Shown: positions 16,605-18,835 of the stretch, in pieces | Layout: each line of letters opens with the position of its first letter | Numbering within the stretch: the stretch's first letter is position 1 | NCBI GenBank assembly: GCA_034722955.1 | Contig: JAYEOM010000005.1 | Span: 1-18,835, forward strand | Length of the DNA stretch: 18,835 nt | From: Campylobacterota bacterium | GTDB taxonomy: Bacteria > Campylobacterota > Campylobacteria > Campylobacterales > Sulfurovaceae | Direction: 5' to 3' | The notes under the pieces: model-generated | What the model was told of the DNA's origin: nothing | What the model saw: the letters and a program-made list of their open reading frames with translations, nothing else | The model's database searches: none | Made by a program: the position numbers and the translations under genes

Positions 16605-18614
16605 CTACACCGCCACCATAGAGATATAGTAGCATCGCATACAGCGTTCTGCTTCTGCAAGTGCTTCTTCCCCGGTAAATCCGAGATTGACCTCTATATT
16701 ATTATCTTTTCTCTCATCAACACCTAGTTTTTCACTCTCACTGCGAGGCAAACCTGGCATCCAGCCTGTCACTTTCTCTTTTTTATCATAAACTTTAAGT
16801 GCTGAGAGATGATCTTCCATGATCTCATCATCAGTTAGAGAAATTTTTTCATCATAGATATAACGGCTGATAACAGATGCTGCTCTTTTTGCTTGACCTA
16901 CAGCATTTACGATAGTCATTGGACCATATTCACAATCTCCAGCTGCAAATAGCCCCGGACGATTTGTTATGTAGTCTTTTCCATTTGTCATAAGTGTATT
17001 CCAAGAGGTTAACTTGATATCCCACTCTTCAGGTATCAGCTGTAGATCTGCGGCTTGAGATACAGCTGGGATCAGATAGTCACATTCGATTTCGAAGTCT
17101 TCACCCTCTATCTTTATCAATTGTGCTCTACCGCCATCTGGATCAGGAACTAGTTCAAAACGATTTACCAGAAGTTTTACCAGTTGATTTTCCTCATCAT
17201 AAATCCGTTCGATAGCAGTGTGAAAGATAAATTCAACACCCTCTTCTACCGCCTCATGGTACTCTTCATAGGTTGTATTTCGGATGATGGTCTTCTCATC
17301 TCTTCGGTAGATCATTATAACTTTTTTTGCCCCCTCACGGATAGAGCATCTTACGACATCCATCGAGGTAAATCCTCCGCCGACACACACTACTACTTTG
17401 TCCTTGAGTTCGTTGGATGCAGGTGAACCTATACCATATTTTGTCCATAGATTCACCTTGTCTAGCATCTCAATCGCACTCCAGTATCCATTCATATCAA
17501 GGCGTTCATTCTCTGCACGCACCTTTTTGGATAGTCTAGCACCAAATGCCAAAAGTGTAGCATCATACTCTGCATCAAGCTCTTTGAGGCGCGCTGCATC
17601 AACACGATGATTACTATAGACATCAACAGCCTCTAGAGAAGTAACCAGCTCTATGTCTCTATCGTATTTATCAATAGGCATACGATACTCAGGTACACCC
17701 ACAGCAACCTCTCCACCCAGTACAGGAAGCTCTTCAAAGATATCTACCTTGATCCCTTCAACTCCTAGATAGTATGCTGCCGTCAATCCTGCAGGACCTG
17801 CACCGATAATCGCTACTTTTTTGCCATCATCTCTGAGTGGTTTAGGGGTTTGGGGATGTTGCCAAGGGAGTTGATGATCTGTCTCATAGTCAGCACCAAG
17901 TCTCTTGAGTTCCATGATAGAGATCGGTTCATCCAGATTTGTTCTTCTGCAAGCATCTTCACATGGATGAGGGCAGACACGGCCACAAGTATGTGCAAGT
18001 GGCATTGTCTGGCGTGTTGCAGAGAGAGAGTCTGCAAACTCCATATCACGAACACCCTCAATATAGGCAGGGATATCAACATGTGCGGGACAGACATCAC
18101 TACAGGGAGCTGTAACTTTCGCTATATAGCTAATATCTTGATGGTAATGCTTTGAAGGTATTTGTCTCTCTATCGCTTTGTCAAATTGATCTTTGTAGTG
18201 CTCCATAAGATCGAGTATAGGCTTAGGAACCGTTCTGCCTATTTCACACTTGGAGGTGAGCATCATAGTTTCACTAATCTCTTTGAGATGATCTATATCT
18301 GATTGACTCCCTTCACCTCTAGCTATCTTGTCAAGAAGGTCATATAGAATTCTACCGCCCCATCTACCTGGTGCACAACGACCGCAAGCTTCTGAATATA
18401 CTTGATATTGTGCAGCATACTCTGTTGCTAATCTAATGGCATCAATATCCTCTTGGAAAATAGCTACTCCATCCCAACCGATAAAAGCTTTTGAGCGTCT
18501 ATCTGCTGTATACTCTTCTGGCAGTCTAAATGCCGACTTACTCCACTCATCAGATGATTTGCCACGATTGTCGATAAATTCATCTTTCCAAGTTGAGAAC
18601 AGAACCGCTGACAT
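16605..18614 (-). CDS. FAD/NAD(P)H-dependent Fe-S oxidoreductase, GltD-family/SfrB-like, with an N-terminal NuoF 4Fe-4S-like domain
   Basis: 669 aa. SEACGRCAPGRWG...SKCEIG (NuoF N3-like); APCSDVCP and CGRVCPHPCEDACRR (Fer4_20); FAD motif AIIGAGPAG; GVPEYR; second Rossmann fold VGGGFTSMD...YRR; LFAAGD...GP..IV.AV; C-terminal EAERCMRC. The N-terminus (FSTW...IDNR...FRLP...AFIGWDG) resembles Geobacter SfrB as recalled from memory. Confidence 0.88.
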   Translation of the reverse strand: MSAVLFSTWKDEFIDNRGKSSDEWSKSAFRLPEEYTADRRSKAFIGWDGVAIFQEDIDAIRLATEYAAQYQVYSEACGRCAPGRWGGRILYDLLDKIARGEGSQSDIDHLKEISETMMLTSKCEIGRTVPKPILDLMEHYKDQFDKAIERQIPSKHYHQDISYIAKVTAPCSDVCPAHVDIPAYIEGVRDMEFADSLSATRQTMPLAHTCGRVCPHPCEDACRRTNLDEPISIMELKRLGADYETDHQLPWQHPQTPKPLRDDGKKVAIIGAGPAGLTAAYYLGVEGIKVDIFEELPVLGGEVAVGVPEYRMPIDKYDRDIELVTSLEAVDVYSNHRVDAARLKELDAEYDATLLAFGARLSKKVRAENERLDMNGYWSAIEMLDKVNLWTKYGIGSPASNELKDKVVVCVGGGFTSMDVVRCSIREGAKKVIMIYRRDEKTIIRNTTYEEYHEAVEEGVEFIFHTAIERIYDEENQLVKLLVNRFELVPDPDGGRAQLIKIEGEDFEIECDYLIPAVSQAADLQLIPEEWDIKLTSWNTLMTNGKDYITNRPGLFAAGDCEYGPMTIVNAVGQAKRAASVISRYIYDEKISLTDDEIMEDHLSALKVYDKKEKVTGWMPGLPRSESEKLGVDERKDNNIEVNLGFTGEEALAEAERCMRCYYISMVAV

Positions 18615-18835
18615 TATTTGGCCTTCGCTCTAGATTTACTTCTTGCTCTTGATCTAGTAGCTCTCTTTGGAGTAGTCTTTGGCGGTACTTTTTTATCATC
18701 CTCTGTACTGCTGCTTGGAGGTGTAGATTCAGCCTCTTTCTCTGCAGCAGCTTTAGCGTCGGCTTCGGCTTTCTCTGCTGCAGCTTTTGCCTCTGCCTCC
18801 TCCTTCTCTTTGAGAGCTATCTCCTCTGCTGCCTT
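18614..18835 (-). CDS. 3' end of an upstream nuo-operon gene (low-complexity Ala/Glu/Lys then basic tail); identity not determinable, position fits the epsilon-type NuoF-replacement gene
   Basis: Not in the ORF track. The open frame reads ...KAAEEIALKEKEEAEAKAAAEKAEADAKAAAEKEAESTPPSSSTEDDKKVPPKTTPKRATRSRARSKSRAKAK-TAA, and the TAA overlaps the next ATG (TAATG). Confidence 0.75.
   Translation of the reverse strand, partial: KAAEEIALKEKEEAEAKAAAEKAEADAKAAAEKEAESTPPSSSTEDDKKVPPKTTPKRATRSRARSKSRAKAK

Noticed and set aside
16604..16660. ORF-track N-terminal extension of nuoG-1 (MQKQNAVC...)
   Set aside because: It overlaps the conserved C-terminal CMRC motif of the upstream gene. ATG 16603, directly after the TAG, aligns with the NuoG-2 start.
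14330..18614. Calling the flavoprotein glutamate synthase small subunit (gltD) and nuoG-1 a formate dehydrogenase or hydrogenase subunit
   Set aside because: There is no gltB nearby and the flavoprotein has an extra NuoF-like domain. NuoG-1 is colinear with NuoG-2, with no in-frame TGA or recognisable Mo/W-ligand or H-cluster motifs.
12257..18633. Numerous 60-100 aa ORFs overlapping nuoG-2, nuoG-1 and the flavoprotein
   Set aside because: They are shadow ORFs of long conserved coding frames.
1..18835. CRISPR arrays, rRNA, transposases/integrases, att-site duplication of the tRNA 3' end
   Set aside because: No regularly spaced repeats or such coding signatures were seen by eye, and nearly all sequence right of 1233 is accounted for by tightly packed genes.

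Overview
This window looks like Campylobacterota chromosome, probably Sulfurovum/Nitratifractor-like (inferred from gene content and protein style). The right three-quarters (4393-18835, minus strand) is the distal part of a respiratory complex I (nuo) operon with an unusual electron-input end. It begins with the low-complexity C-terminal tail of an upstream gene cut by the window edge. Next come a 669-aa GltD/SfrB-like FAD/NAD(P)H Fe-S oxidoreductase carrying an N-terminal NuoF-N3-like domain and two tandem, diverged, intact nuoG paralogues. These are followed by nuoH-I-J-K-L-M-N. This arrangement suggests a complex I with two alternative input modules, one pyridine-nucleotide linked and one flavodoxin/ferredoxin type. 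The middle part is housekeeping: miaA (+, probably leaderless, convergent with nuoN across a shared hairpin) and a divergent unit of a pssA-like gene, mqnP and an atypical family-1 uracil-DNA glycosylase, followed by tRNA-Arg(GCG). The left end (1-1119, AT-rich, downstream of the tRNA) holds a reverse-order hipA-hipB toxin-antitoxin module. The toxin is a pseudogene (1-nt frameshift plus apparent loss of the kinase N-lobe). The promoter, the palindromic operators and the visible part of the HTH antitoxin look intact. No CRISPR array, rRNA, integrase or transposase was seen.
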